A stretch of DNA of 63,471 nucleotides, counting the filler, from Octopus bimaculoides (lineage: Eukaryota), in assembly GCF_001194135.2 (NCBI RefSeq). It is 6 parts of 6 records of this genome, joined end to end, with 100 filler letters (N's around TTAATTAATTAA, not from the genome) between each part and the next. Parts side by side here need not be neighbours in the genome. Positions count along the whole stretch, not along the records: positions 1 to 30,759 come from NC_068986.1; 5 more parts are not named here. One strand, 5' to 3'. This document shows, piece by piece, positions 1-11,480 of the stretch. The position numbers and the translations under genes were made by a program. The notes under the pieces are model-generated. The model did no database searches and had not been told where the DNA came from. It worked only from the letters and a program-made list of their open reading frames with translations. Position 1 is the stretch's first letter; the number at the start of each line of letters is the position of its first letter.

Positions 1-240
1 TAGTAGGTGCCTTAGGTATAATAAAAAAATATTCAGACAAATACATAACAAAAACACCAGGACTTACAAATATATATAACATACAGAAAATTGCACTACT
101 GGGTACTGCACACATTCTACGCAAAACACTTTCAATACAGTAAACATAAGAGCACCACAGCAAACCACAGCACATACCCAAGGCGCACAGAGCTGCGCTC
201 GGTAGTGAAGTGAAAGTACGTTATAAAAATAAAACTACTG
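1..240 (+). mobile_element. 3' end of an R4/Dong-clade (REL-endonuclease) non-LTR retrotransposon
   Basis: 3..143 reads VGALGIIKKYSDKYITKTPGLTNIYNIQKIALLGTAHILRKTLSIQ*, matching the C-terminus of the neighbouring element (VIGALG...IQKIVLMGTTRILRK); about 100 bp of 3' UTR then an (AAT)n tract. Confidence 0.75.
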
Positions 241-243
241 AAC

Positions 244-334
<91 letters not shown>
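241..334. repeat. (AAT)n microsatellite between two R4/Dong-like elements
   Basis: Near-perfect AAT run read directly. Confidence 0.95.
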
Positions 335-1350
335 GGCAGATATAGAACGACTTTATCTGCCAAGAAAAGAGGAACTTTCACAACTGGCATTAACAATGAA
401 GATTGCCAGAATTGGCCTAGTCACCTATCGGAAAAACTCTGAGGACTGGATGTTAAGTGAATTACAAATACAACAAATCCCAGAATTAGACATACAAGAA
501 ACAAGCGCAGAAAAAGCTTAGTGCATGAAAATCTGTGCTAAAATTGCTGCCTTACATATTCTGACTGATGAATGGCAAGAAAAGCCCCTCAATGGCAAAT
601 ACCCAAAGGGAGCGAATAATGCCGATTTTGACAAAGCCTGTGCTCATCAATGGCTAGTATATTCTGGCTTAAAATCAGAAACAGAGGGGTTTATCATAGT
701 AGCCCAAGATCAATGCCTACCTACACGGAACAACCTGGCCAACATATTAAACAATGGCAGCTCCCCAATATGTTGTCTCCATGTGCAGTCATCTTGCGCC
801 TACAGAGTATCTCAAGAGGCATATGATAGAGCTGCACAATATATTCACTGGGTAATTTGCAAAAACCTGGACCTGCCCCATGATAAAAACTGGTGGGAAC
901 ACAAACCACCTCCAGTGCTTGAAAATGATCACATCTCACTCCTCTGGAGCTTCACCATTCAAACTGACAGAAAGATAGATGCAAATAAGCCAGACATCAT
1001 ACTGAAAGACTTCAGACAAAAATCATGCCTCCTCATTGATATGACTGTCTCAATCGATATAAACGTATCTGTCAAGACCTACCAAAAGCTGAGCAAATAT
1101 AAAGTTCTTGAAATAGAAATTAGCAAAATGTAAAACTTGAAGACTAAAACAATACCTGTTGTCATAGGTGCCCTTGGAATGAAAGCAAAAGGGGCTGATT
1201 GCTACCTAGCTCAGATACCAAGAAACCCTAAACTGGCAGAAATTCAAAAGATAGTGCTCATGGGAACTACCCGTATCCTACGTAAAATGCTATGTACCCA
1301 TATCTTACGTAAAATGCTAATATCCATATCCAACGTAAAAGTCAAATATA
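335..1350 (+). mobile_element. 5'-truncated, degenerate R4/Dong-clade LINE (post-RT region and REL endonuclease)
   Basis: ADIERLYLPRKE at 335, WQEKPLNGKY, ETEGFIIVAQDQCLPTRN, YIHWVICK, KPDIILKD...LLIDMTV...KLSKY, TIPVVIGALG; stops and frameshifts present; ends in (AAT)n at about 1351-1380. Confidence 0.85.
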
Positions 1351-1970
1351 AAATAATAATAATAATAATAATAATAATAACTCTTCTTTGAAATACGTTC
1401 TAAATTACTATTTCACTATATAGTATTGAATAACTTTGAAATATTATAACAAACTTTTATTTCTTAATACTTTATACGCCAAATCAATTCTGTTTATTCC
1501 CATTACTCTACTGAAATGACTACTTTATGTCCCTTAACACCTATAACAGTGTATTTTTCTAATACATCATGGTATTACAGTAAGATTTCGTTGCATAATA
1601 CCTCGCCCCCCCCCCCCCCNNNNNNNNNNTCATCATTATTATTTAGCCTTTCTATGGACTAACAGATACATTCCATTAATCAGAGGAAAAGTATGAGATA
1701 CATAAAAAATTGTCGTGTACTTAGATCTAAGAAGAATTTAAATATTTTTGCTAACAATTAAAAGATATGATGTAGTTTTATAAAAAGCCGCTACATATTG
1801 TAAATAAGAATAAAGAGTAGTCTCCCTTTGTTGATGTAGTTAAATTGTATCTAAGGATAAGTATTATGATGAAAATTATTTGTTTTACTAGAGAAATATA
1901 TGTATAAAATTTGTGGATGGTATGGATATCATCATCATCATCGTTTAACGTCCGCTTTCCATGCTAATAT

Positions 1971-2535
1971 ATATAATAACATAAATAATACATAATTATA
2001 TGCATATATCCATACATATATGTACGTACCGACATCTATATGTATACATACATGCACATATGGGTACAGGACATCACAAAAAACGTTAAACACAATGAGA
2101 AACGAAAGCATAAAGACGAAAACAGAAAACGAACATTTTTTTTCGAACAACAAAGAAAACAGAGAAACGAGACATGCAATATAAAGAATATTTCCCTTCT
2201 TCAAATTTTAATTAATTTGCTTGCGGGAAGGACTGTTCCAACGAAGTCGCGTATTGTCCTTGCCTTCGAAACGCGGAGTAGATGAAACAGGGACAACTGA
2301 AGAAGGGAGATATTCTTTATGTTGCATATCTCGTTTCTCTATTTGTTTTTTTTTTTCATTGTTCGAAAAAAAGTTCGTTTTCTGTTTTCGTCTTTATGTT
2401 TTCGTTTCTCATTGTGTTTAACGTTTTTTGTGATGTCCTGTACCCATATATGCATGTATGTATACATACAGTGTAGGTATGTACATACATGTATGGATAT
2501 ATGCATATAATTATATATTATTTATGTTATTATAT
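1971..2535. repeat. Long inverted repeat (arms about 1971-2203 and 2298-2535, 94-bp spacer)
   Basis: Minus-strand ORF 1938..2204 and plus-strand ORF 2282..2476 translate to nearly the same text, and the arms align by eye as reverse complements. Confidence 0.9.
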
Positions 2536-2565
2536 GATCGAACGCCACGCATTGCCTCCAAGTAA

Positions 2566-2604
<39 letters not shown>

Positions 2605-2802
2605 GTGGAATTTTCTAGGTGCATATTTGGATAGATTAAAAGTTTCAATATTTATTGATGTTAGTTTATGATATTTTAGAAAATAAAAGATTTCAAAATA
2701 TTATTAAATACTCATATTAATATCATTGTATATATATATATATACTTATTTAACAATGAAGTGGAGATTATAGATTATTGTTGGATAATTTGGTATTATA
2801 GT

Positions 2803-3145
2803 TTACTCTTTTACTGTGGCCGTGCTGGAGCACCGCCTTTAGTAGAGCAGATCAACCCCAAGACTTATTCTTTGTAAGCCTAGTACTTATTCTGTCAGTT
2901 TCTTTGCCGAACCGCTAAGTTACGGGGACATAAACACGGACAAACACAGATACACAAACATATACACACACATACATACATATATATACATATATACGAC
3001 AGGCTTCTTTTAGTTTCCGTTTACAAGGCTTTGGTCGGCCCGAGGCTATAGTAAAAGACACTTGCCCAAGGTACCACGCAGTAGGACTGAACCCGGAACC
3101 ATGTGGTTGGTAAGCAAGCTACTTACCACACAGCCACTCCTGCGC
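2803..3145 (-). mobile_element. SINE family A (tRNA head, CORE-like segment, internal TA/TG microsatellite, (GTAAAAGA)n tail)
   Basis: Minus strand starts GCGCAGGAGTGGCTGTGTGGTAAGTAGC...GGTTCAGTCC (A/B-box-like), then ACCTTGGGCAAGTGTCTT; at least 15 copies in the window. Confidence 0.8.
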
Positions 3146-3819
3146 TGTGAATATTATAATGTTAAATATGAGATAAATATATACTAATATTATGGTATTA
3201 AATATAGTTTGCATTTCATACGACTGATATGCATATCATTATTATTTTAATATATCATGGGTTTAAAATATGGGTTATATGTGAATCCTTAATTTAGAAA
3301 AGAATAAGTAGTGGATTTTTAAATAAACTGCGGAAAACTAGCATATAATTTGAATTGTGGTTCAAGAATACGATAAAATCTTTATAAGAATTTATCAAGT
3401 AGTTAGCGTGAAAAAACCTCATAAGAGAAAAATCCATCATTTATTCCCTATAAATATATTTATTTAGAGTCTCTCTTAGCGTGAGGCATTTATGTATAGT
3501 AGTGCCCTTATATAAATAATTTCAATTGTGATATATTTATTTATGTGGAGTAAAAGAATAGTGCAGTTGACAAAGAAGAGGATATTATATATTGTTGTAT
3601 TAAGTTAAGGCATGTTGATAATTAGAGTTTAGGATTGAATTTTAAAGTTCTAAATAAAAATTGAATGGTGGTGAGTTAATTAAAAGGTTCGGAATAAAGG
3701 TAGGGGTTATGTTTTTATAAATATATTTTAATGTGGAGTATGAGTATAGTGCTATTAACAAGGAAGCGGGTATTGTATAATATTGTATTCTGTTTAATTT
3801 TGAATAGGGTTATATTTAA

Positions 3820-4055
3820 GAGATGAGGAATTATGCACATTATTTACATTTGACGGATATTTGTCCTCATCTTGTGTGTTCACAACGTTTCGGCTGATGT
3901 ACCCTCCAGCCTTCATCAGGTGTCTTGGGGAAATTTCGAATCTGGGTTCTCATTCCTAAGGTATTTTTCGATGTTGTTGTTGTTGTTGTTGTTTTTATTA
4001 TTATTATTATTATTATTACTATTATTATTCAGGTCACTGCCTGGAATCGAACTCA
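3820..4055 (-). mobile_element. SINE family D (hammerhead-bearing), truncated within the tRNA head
   Basis: Aligns to the full-length copy at 22484-22773; retains B-box GAGTTCGATTCC, the (AAT/AAC)n tract and the 3' body. Confidence 0.8.
3879..3924 (-). ncRNA. Minimal type I hammerhead ribozyme motif, core intact, stem I weakened
   Basis: Minus strand GACAC CTGATGA A GGCTG-GAGGGTACAT-CAGCC GAA ACGT T GTGAA; only 3 stem I pairs. Confidence 0.5.
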
Positions 4056-4622
4056 ACAACAACAACAACATCAAACTGATAATAGACAAAAATTCGCATG
4101 TTACGGATTCTCTGAAATTTGGACTGTGGTAAGAAGCTTGCTTCCCAACCACTGCGTGGCACCTTGGACAAATATCTTCTAATATGGTCTCGGGCCGACC
4201 NNNNNNNNNNNNNNNNNNNNNNNNNNNNNNNNNNNNNNNNNNNNNNNNNNNNNNNNNNNNNNNNNNNNNNNNNNNNNNNNNNNNNNNNNNNNNNNNNNNN
4301 NNNNNNNNNNNNNNNNNNNNNNNNNNNNNNNNNNNNNNNNNNNNNNNNNNNNNNNNNNNNNNNNNNNNNNNNNNNNNNNNNNNNNNNNNNNNNNNNNNNN
4401 NNNNNNNNNNNNNNNNNNNNNNNNNNNNNNNNNNNNNNNNNNNNNNNNNNNNNNNNNNNNNNNNNNNNNNNNNNNNNNNNNNNNNNNNNNNNNNNNNNNN
4501 NNNNNNNNNNNNNNNNNNNNNNNNNNNNNNNNNNNNNNNNNNNNNNNNNNNNNNNNNNNNNNNNNNNNNNNNNNNNNNNNNNNNNNNNNNNNNNNNNNNN
4601 NNNNNNNNNNNNNNNNNNNNNN

Positions 4623-4658
<36 letters not shown>

Positions 4659-4669
4659 ACATATATATA

Positions 4670-5211
4670 TAGGCAAAGGTGCGGCTGTCTGGTAAATTGC
4701 TTGCTTACCAACAACATGGTTCCGGGTTCAGTCCCACTGCGTTGCACCTTGGGAAAGTGTCTTCTACTATAGTCTCGGGCTGATCAAACCCTTGTGAGTG
4801 GATTTGGTAGATGTCGTATATATGTATATATATGTATGTGTGTGTGTATATGTCTGTGTGTCTGTGTTTGTCTCCCCAACATCGCTTGACAACCGATGGT
4901 GCTGTGTTTAGGTCCCCCGTAACTTAGCGGTTCGGCAAAAGAAACCTGATAGAATAAGTACTAGGCTTACAAAGTATAAGTCCTGCGGTCTCTGTTAGGG
5001 GGACAAACACAGACACCCAAACACACACACATATATATACATATATATGACGGGCTTCTTTCAGTTTCCGTCTTCCAAATCCACTCACAAGGCTTTGGTC
5101 GGCCCGAGGCTGTAGTAGAAGACACTTGCCCAAGGTGCCATGCAGTGGGACTGAACCCGAAACCATGTGGTTGGTAAGCAAGCTACTTACCACACAGCCA
5201 CTCCTGTGCCT
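4670..5211. mobile_element. Two family-A SINEs in inverted, tail-to-tail arrangement (+ about 4670-4985; - about 4995-5211)
   Basis: GGTTCAGTCCCACTGC...CCTTGGGAAAGTGTCTT on + and its reverse complement about 400 bp downstream. Confidence 0.8.
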
Positions 5212-5285
5212 ANNNNNNNNNNNNNNNNNNNNNNNNNNNNNNNNNNNNNNNNNNNNNNNNNNNNNNNNNNNNNNNNNNNNNNNNN

Positions 5286-5318
<33 letters not shown>

Positions 5319-5774
5319 GCACACACACACACACACACACACATAGTCAGTTAATAAAAGAACATATATAGGAAAGAAGCAGTAATTATTATAATTGCGA
5401 TTTCTGGGTTATTTCACGATACGCAGATATTGTTTTGAGCTGAGTGGGGGTGCTGGATTCCCTAGTTCGAAAATATAAGGACACTGATCATGTCATATAG
5501 CTAGCTGGAGACGATGTCTCCTGGGGCTAAATTACAGCAACGTTCGTCCTAAACCAGGACTGCCATGTTATGTTGGCAAACAATCTTTACTACAAAGTAC
5601 TGTTGCTGAATATCTCTCGTTGTGAAATTTAAAATTAGTAATTTTCTACTTTATTACAAATATATGAGAAATATATTTGTAATATTGAAGTCTATTGATG
5701 TTCAACCAAGTTTTTGTCATTTGTCATTGAGGTTGTCTGCAAAAGGACCACATAACATTAGTCGTCGTCATCGT

Positions 5775-6190
5775 CATCGTCATCATCATCATCGTTTAAC
5801 GTCCATTTTCCATGGTTGGACGGCTTGATCGAGGTCTGGAGAGCCAGGAGGCTGCATCAGGCTCCAATCTGATCTGGCAGAGTTTCTACAGCCGGATGCC
5901 CTTCCTAACGCTATCCACTCTGAGAGTGTAGTGGGTGCTTTTTACATGCCACCAGCATGGGGGCCAATCNNNNNNNNNNGGGGGGGGGGGGTACTGGCAT
6001 CGGTCATGTTCGATTGGTGGTTTTTACGTGCCACTGGCATGAGAGCCAGTCTGGGAGTACTGGTATTGACCACATTCAGATGGTGCTTTTTACGTATCAC
6101 TGGCATGGGAACCAGTAAGTTGGACCTAGCATTGGCCACATTCGGATGGTGCTTTTTACGTGCCACCGGCACAGGAGCCAGTCTGGAGGC
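5775..6190 (-). mobile_element. Repeat family C: RTE-type 3' end with (GAT)n tail and about 66-bp internal tandem units
   Basis: CATCATCGTTTAACGTCC...GGATGCCCTTCCTAACG motif; three GGTGCTTTTTACGTGCCACCGGCA-like units near 6016, 6081 and 6147. Confidence 0.7.
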
Positions 6191-6559
6191 AGAGGTATAT
6201 ATAAATGTAACTGTCAAACTCTACAGAGAAGAAACATGGTTAACTGAGAGATAAAAATTAAACTCAGAGCAAACTGTGGAACCAGAACTACCAGAAAGAT
6301 TAAGCTAAATACCATTTTTATGTGTTTTACTGACCTGTTGCCACCCCCACTACCTTATTTCTTCCATCTACTACAGCTAAGATCCTCTATGCAGTTGCTC
6401 CTCAACAGTCAGATCTCTGTAAAACTACATGTTATCTGCTTAAAAAAGGAAGGATACATAAGACATTGTAGTCCTGGTCAGTCCATATTGATCTTTAAGA
6501 AGTATAGGGCTGGTTTCCTGTTTCCTCAGGCATAAACATTCCTTCCTGAGTGGCACAGT

Positions 6560-6800
6560 GGTCGATTGCAGGCTGACTCATTTTTGCTAGTTGAGTGGCT
6601 TGAAGCAACGTGTAATGAAGTGTTTTGTTCAAGAACACAATGCATCACCTGGTTCCGGAATTGAAACCACAATCTTACAATGATGAGTCCAACACCCTAA
6701 CCACTAAGCCATGTGCTTCCACGAAAATGAAGTGTTCTGCTTAAGAGCATAATGCATTGCCTAGTCCAGGAACTGAAACCACAATCTTAAGCCATATAAT
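6560..6800 (-). mobile_element. tRNA-headed SINE family E with a partial tandem duplication
   Basis: GGAATTGAAACCACAATCTT...CCCTAACCACTAAGCCA is the reverse complement of an A/B-box head; related copies near 38830-38935 and 52015-52175. Confidence 0.55.
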
Positions 6801-7309
6801 CCTAGATATACAAAAATATGGGATGGTCCTGGCTGGAATGTCTTTGATCAAAGGTCTGCTTGAACAGGACTGATTGGAGAATAAACAACAACAACTCTCT
6901 GTAAGTGATAATATTGATTTCAAATTGTGGCACATGGCCAGCAATTTCAGGTGAATGGCTAAGTTGATTGCACTGACCTCAGTGTTCAACTGGTACTTAA
7001 TTTATCGACCCTGAAAAGATGAAAAGCAAAGTCAACCTCAGAGGAATCTGAACTCAGAACATAAGGATGGGTGAAATTCTGCTAAGCATTTTGTCTGGCA
7101 TATTAATGATTCCGTTAGCTCACTGCCTTGTAAATATGGACGAAATGCCGCCAAGCATTTCGTTCAATGTGTTAATGATTCTGGCAGCTTGCTGCCTTAT
7201 ACTGCAACTGATGCTGTTATTGAAGTAATGTTTCGTTAGTAATATTTCAACAGAGTTGTAAGTTGGGGTGGAATGGCAGAAACGATAATGGGCCATACCA
7301 TACTCTTTT

Positions 7310-7690
7310 ACTCGTTTCAGTCTTTTGACTGTAGCCATGCTGGAGCACCGCCTTTTAGTCGAGCAAATCGACCTCAGGACTTATTCTTTGTAAGCCTAGT
7401 ACTTATTTTACCGGTCTCTTTTGCCGAACCGCTAAGTTACGGGGACACAAACACACCAGCATCGGTTGTCAAGCGATGTTGGGGGGACAAACACAGACAC
7501 ACAAACACATACATATATATATACATATATACGACGGGCTTCTTTCAGTTTCTGTCTACCAAATCCACTCACAAGGCTTTGGTCGGCCCGAGGTTATAGT
7601 AGAAGACACTTGCCCAAGGTGCCACTCAGTGGGACTGAACCCGGGACCATGTGGTTGGTAAGCAAGCTACTTACCACACAGCTACTCCTA
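7310..7690 (-). mobile_element. SINE family A, near full length
   Basis: Same motif order as the 20027-20451 copy. Confidence 0.85.
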
Positions 7691-9091
7691 GTTTTTTAAA
7701 TTTGATTTTTAGCGTCATTTTCTCTGGTTTTTGAAGAAGTCAAGTTTTCCTTTATCTCTGTGAGTCGATAAAACAATAAATATCATCCATACAGCAGAGT
7801 TCAATTGACTCATTGGACCTTTCCATCTATAAATTAACGAGAAATTAATATTTTTAACTGATAAAGAGCAATTAATTCAAAAATACTACGAGACATTTCC
7901 ACGTTAAATGTCGTGCAAGTGTTTACATCTGCTGCACACATCCCACCTGTTGGCAATCAATATCATAACCACTTGAGCATGTCTAGATTTCGTGGCTTCT
8001 AGTTGTTGGTTTGTTTCTTGTTAGGTTGAGCAAGACCTAAGTACTTTGTCTTCCCCCATCTTCCCCACCACGGTTGTCAGCTGGCGAAGGGCGATAACTG
8101 TGTTTAGGCTGTGTTTGACCAACGCCGTTTGTTTGTTGTTTGTGTCTTGAAGTCATTGATTGAATGAAATGTGACAACAACAACAGCAACAACGATCAGA
8201 GACTGCGGTGGAAAAAAAAAGGAATAATAACAACACCAATATTAACACCAGCTCCCTGAGGAGGTATTTTAAAACAGTTATTAAATGAAGAGAAAACGGC
8301 AAAACCGCAGCCCATAAAAACAACGTCTTTCTCTCTCTTTCTCTGTTATTTTAGTTGAAAGTTGGCGATTAAATTATTCCTCATCGGAGACAGAAATCAA
8401 ACATTTTGAAATTATTTATTATTCTCGGATACTCCAACTACCTTTCAAACAATAATCATTCCATCTTTCAGTAAGTTACATAGCTATATTATATCTATTA
8501 TATCTATTTATTAATTCATTTCATTTCGTCATCCAATCTAACGACGACAGCTTGATTATTTTTGTGTTTAGTTTACAAAATAAAAATTAAATAATTGATT
8601 TCTTTTTAATTGCAACTTTGAAAATATATTTGTCGAAAATGAAAATACTGTCTTTTTAAATCATCTGCCTATTGTTATTTTATTTATTTTAGCTTTTTGG
8701 CCATCTAATTTGTTTAATAATATCTATTATATATATATAGTTGGTTTAATTGAATTGTAGACGTGTGAACGATCCAACGTTCAGACTGTTATTGTAAAGT
8801 ATGGATGTTGATAAGTGTTATAATAATGTTCATATAGCGGAAGTGTGATCGATGGAAGCTATCATTGTGTAAGAGAGCAAAAGGTTATAAACAAAGAAAA
8901 ATGTTAAACAGTTATATAATAAATAATATCAGATCAGATACTACTACTACTGATAATAATAAATAACTAGAAAATGAATAATGATAAAAATATATAGATA
9001 ATTGAATATCAAGAAACAGCTCTGTCCACATTAATTATGGCAACAAGCAGTGTTAGGAATAGTTAGTAGCAAACGATGTTTTACTAAACAG

Positions 9092-9140
<49 letters not shown>

Positions 9141-9408
9141 TGATAATAATTAGGATATTTATAATGTTGTACAAAACAACAGATTTTGGTGGATGTTATC
9201 TACTAAATCGATCCAAGCACTTCACTGATGCTTTTATTATTATCAATCTCGAAGGGCGAAAAGCTAAGTCAGTCTTGATGGGATTTGAACTCATTGCGTA
9301 AACAAAATATTTTATCGGTTCTTTTTACCGATTCTATTCATGCTAACCACCACCTTTTGTATTTATTTTATCGACGTAGAAGACAAAAATCGACCTTCGA
9401 GATGACTG

Positions 9409-9452
<44 letters not shown>

Positions 9453-9489
9453 GCCAATTTAATAATTATTTACGTAAACAGAGTTTAAT

Positions 9490-9660
9490 TATATTGACGT
9501 CAGTATCTCGAAGTTTTCACTTCCGTATTATCTCAGCAATTAAATCTAACACACGCTTCTGGGACCCCCAACTACAACTTAGATCTTGTCAGAATAACCT
9601 CTTGTGTAATATATTGGTCGTGTATGGAACCTGCCAATATTGAAAGATGTTCAACTGGTA
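9490..9660 (+). promoter_or_regulatory. Possible promoter and first non-coding exon upstream of the ABCB gene
   Basis: TGACGTCA (CRE) at 9495, CACTTCCG (ETS-like) near 9518, donor-like CTG|GTAATA near 9657; another CGGAAGTG near 8838. The ABCB ATG exon starts at a splice acceptor, so an upstream exon should exist. Motif-level evidence only. Confidence 0.2.
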
Positions 9661-10841
9661 ATATATAGTAAATTGTATTGTAGGGATGTTAAAAGGTCCG
9701 TGTCTTTGGAAATGAAGAAACTATCTTAGGAGTTTGTCGTTGAGACAAAATATTGCAGGGAACACTAATAATCAATCGTGGAAGGAAATTAATTGAAATA
9801 TAGACTAGCACGACGAGTATTCCACTTGATTCGATCAACGAAACAGCCTGCTCGTGAAATTGACGGGCAAGTGGTCGAGTACTCCACAGACACGCGTACC
9901 CTTAACGTAGTTCACAGGTAGATTCAGCGTAGAAGAGATTGTAACAAGGCTGGCTCCTTTGTAATTACAGGTACCACTCATTTTTGCCAGCTGAGTTCCA
10001 TACCCTAACCACTAAACCACGTACCTTCACTAACTGAAATATAAGCATGACACATAACATCAGAATTGGAATTTGAAGGGACATTGTAAGACCTGATTTA
10101 AAAATCAAAACAAAACACATTTATTCACGATGTCATACCATAACGTGAGGAAGTGTCTTCGTGACCCTTCAGTCTGCTAGAAATATTATTCAAATCCCTT
10201 TCGAACAACAAACCGCACTCCTCCGTTTTATTTAAGGAAGGACGCATTAGATGATGCAGTTGTAAATAAAAGACAGGGGAGTCACGGCTGGCGTACCTCT
10301 GATCGTGGTTCTACTTCATTAGGCGTGACTTTGGNNNNNNNNNNNNNNNNNNNNNNNNNNNNNNNNNNNNNNNNNNNNNNNNNNNNNNNNNNNNNNNNNN
10401 NNNNNNNNNNNNNNNNNNNNNNNNNNNNNNNNNNNNNNNNNNNNNNNNNNNNNNNNNNNNNNNNNNNNNNNNNNNNNNNNNNNNNNNNNNNNNNNNNNNN
10501 NNNNNNNNNNNNNNNNNNNNNNNNNNNNNNNNNNNNNNNNNNNNNNNNNNNNNNNNNNNNNNNNNNNNNNNNNNNNNNNNNNNNNNNNNNNNNNNNNNNN
10601 NNNNNNNNNNNNNNNNNNNNNNNNNNNNNNNNNNNNNNNNNNNNNNNNNNNNNNNNNNNNNNNNNNNNNNNNNNNNNNNNNNNNNNNNNNNNNNNNNNNN
10701 NNNNNNNNNNNNNNNNNNNNNNNNNNNNNNNNNNNNNNNNNNNNNNNNNNNNNNNNNNNNNNNNNNNNNNNNNNNNNNNNNNNNNNNNNNNNNNNNNNNN
10801 NNNNNNATGTGTTGTTACAAGGTGTGTTAGTAGGCTGACTG

Positions 10842-10912
10842 TCTTATTTTTGTATAGGTTAGGATTCCTGGTTTTCACCCAGGCTACCCGGGTTCGATTC
10901 CTGGCATAAGGA
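10842..10912 (+). pseudogene. tRNA-Glu(TTC) pseudogene
   Basis: GTTAGGATT CCTGG-TTTTCAC-CCAGG, T-arm CCGGG-TTCGATT-CCTGG; the 5' acceptor strand and D-arm are decayed. Confidence 0.65.
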
Positions 10913-10944
10913 ATGCTAAGTTTGGTCGATGCCAGCCCCCACTC

Positions 10945-11120
10945 CCGATGGGCTTCTGTGCCGGTGGCACGTAAGAAGCACCCACTACATTCTCAGAGTG
11001 CTTAGCATTAGGAAGAGCATCCAGCTGTAGAAACATTGCCGGATTGGATTAGAGTCAGTCCCCTGTCAAACCGTCTAACCCATGCCAGCATGGAAAACGG
11101 ACGTTAAAGGATGATGATGA
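10945..11120 (+). mobile_element. Repeat family C 3' end
   Basis: GTGCCGGTGGCACGTAAGAAGCACCC...AGCATCCAGCTGTAGAAAC...GCATGGAAAACGGACGTTAAAGGATGATGATG. Confidence 0.75.
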
Positions 11121-11480
11121 AACAAACCTGTATTCCTTCAGCCAAATTCAATCCTCAATAACAAATCAGATTATATTATAACACAGAAAGAACAGAACTT
11201 TTATTATGAATAAAGTTTTCTCAGAATATATTATAATCCGAATAAGTAGTCGCATAAAGAAGAATGATTTCTGGTGAAGGCACAAGTTTACAATTTCGTG
11301 GATGGGATATCATCATATTATGTATTAGTTGGAGTGGTGTGTACACACCAGCCTCCTTCAGGTACTTTGGTGCTATATCTGGGATTGAACTAGTACCTTG
11401 AGGTGACTGCATTGCATTTCAGCACCTCTATCCATTTTGCTATGCCTACAGGCAGTGTCAAAGTGAATTATTAAGGCTTA

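Noticed and set aside
3150-3820. AT-rich minus-strand stretch with semi-open frames (possible old viral or TE coding sequence)
   Set aside because: Multiple stops and no motif that I can recognise.
5935-6190. CRISPR-like repeat-spacer pattern (also at 15060, 16610 and 23280)
   Set aside because: The spacers are homologous to each other, the units sit inside a dispersed eukaryotic repeat, and there are no cas genes.
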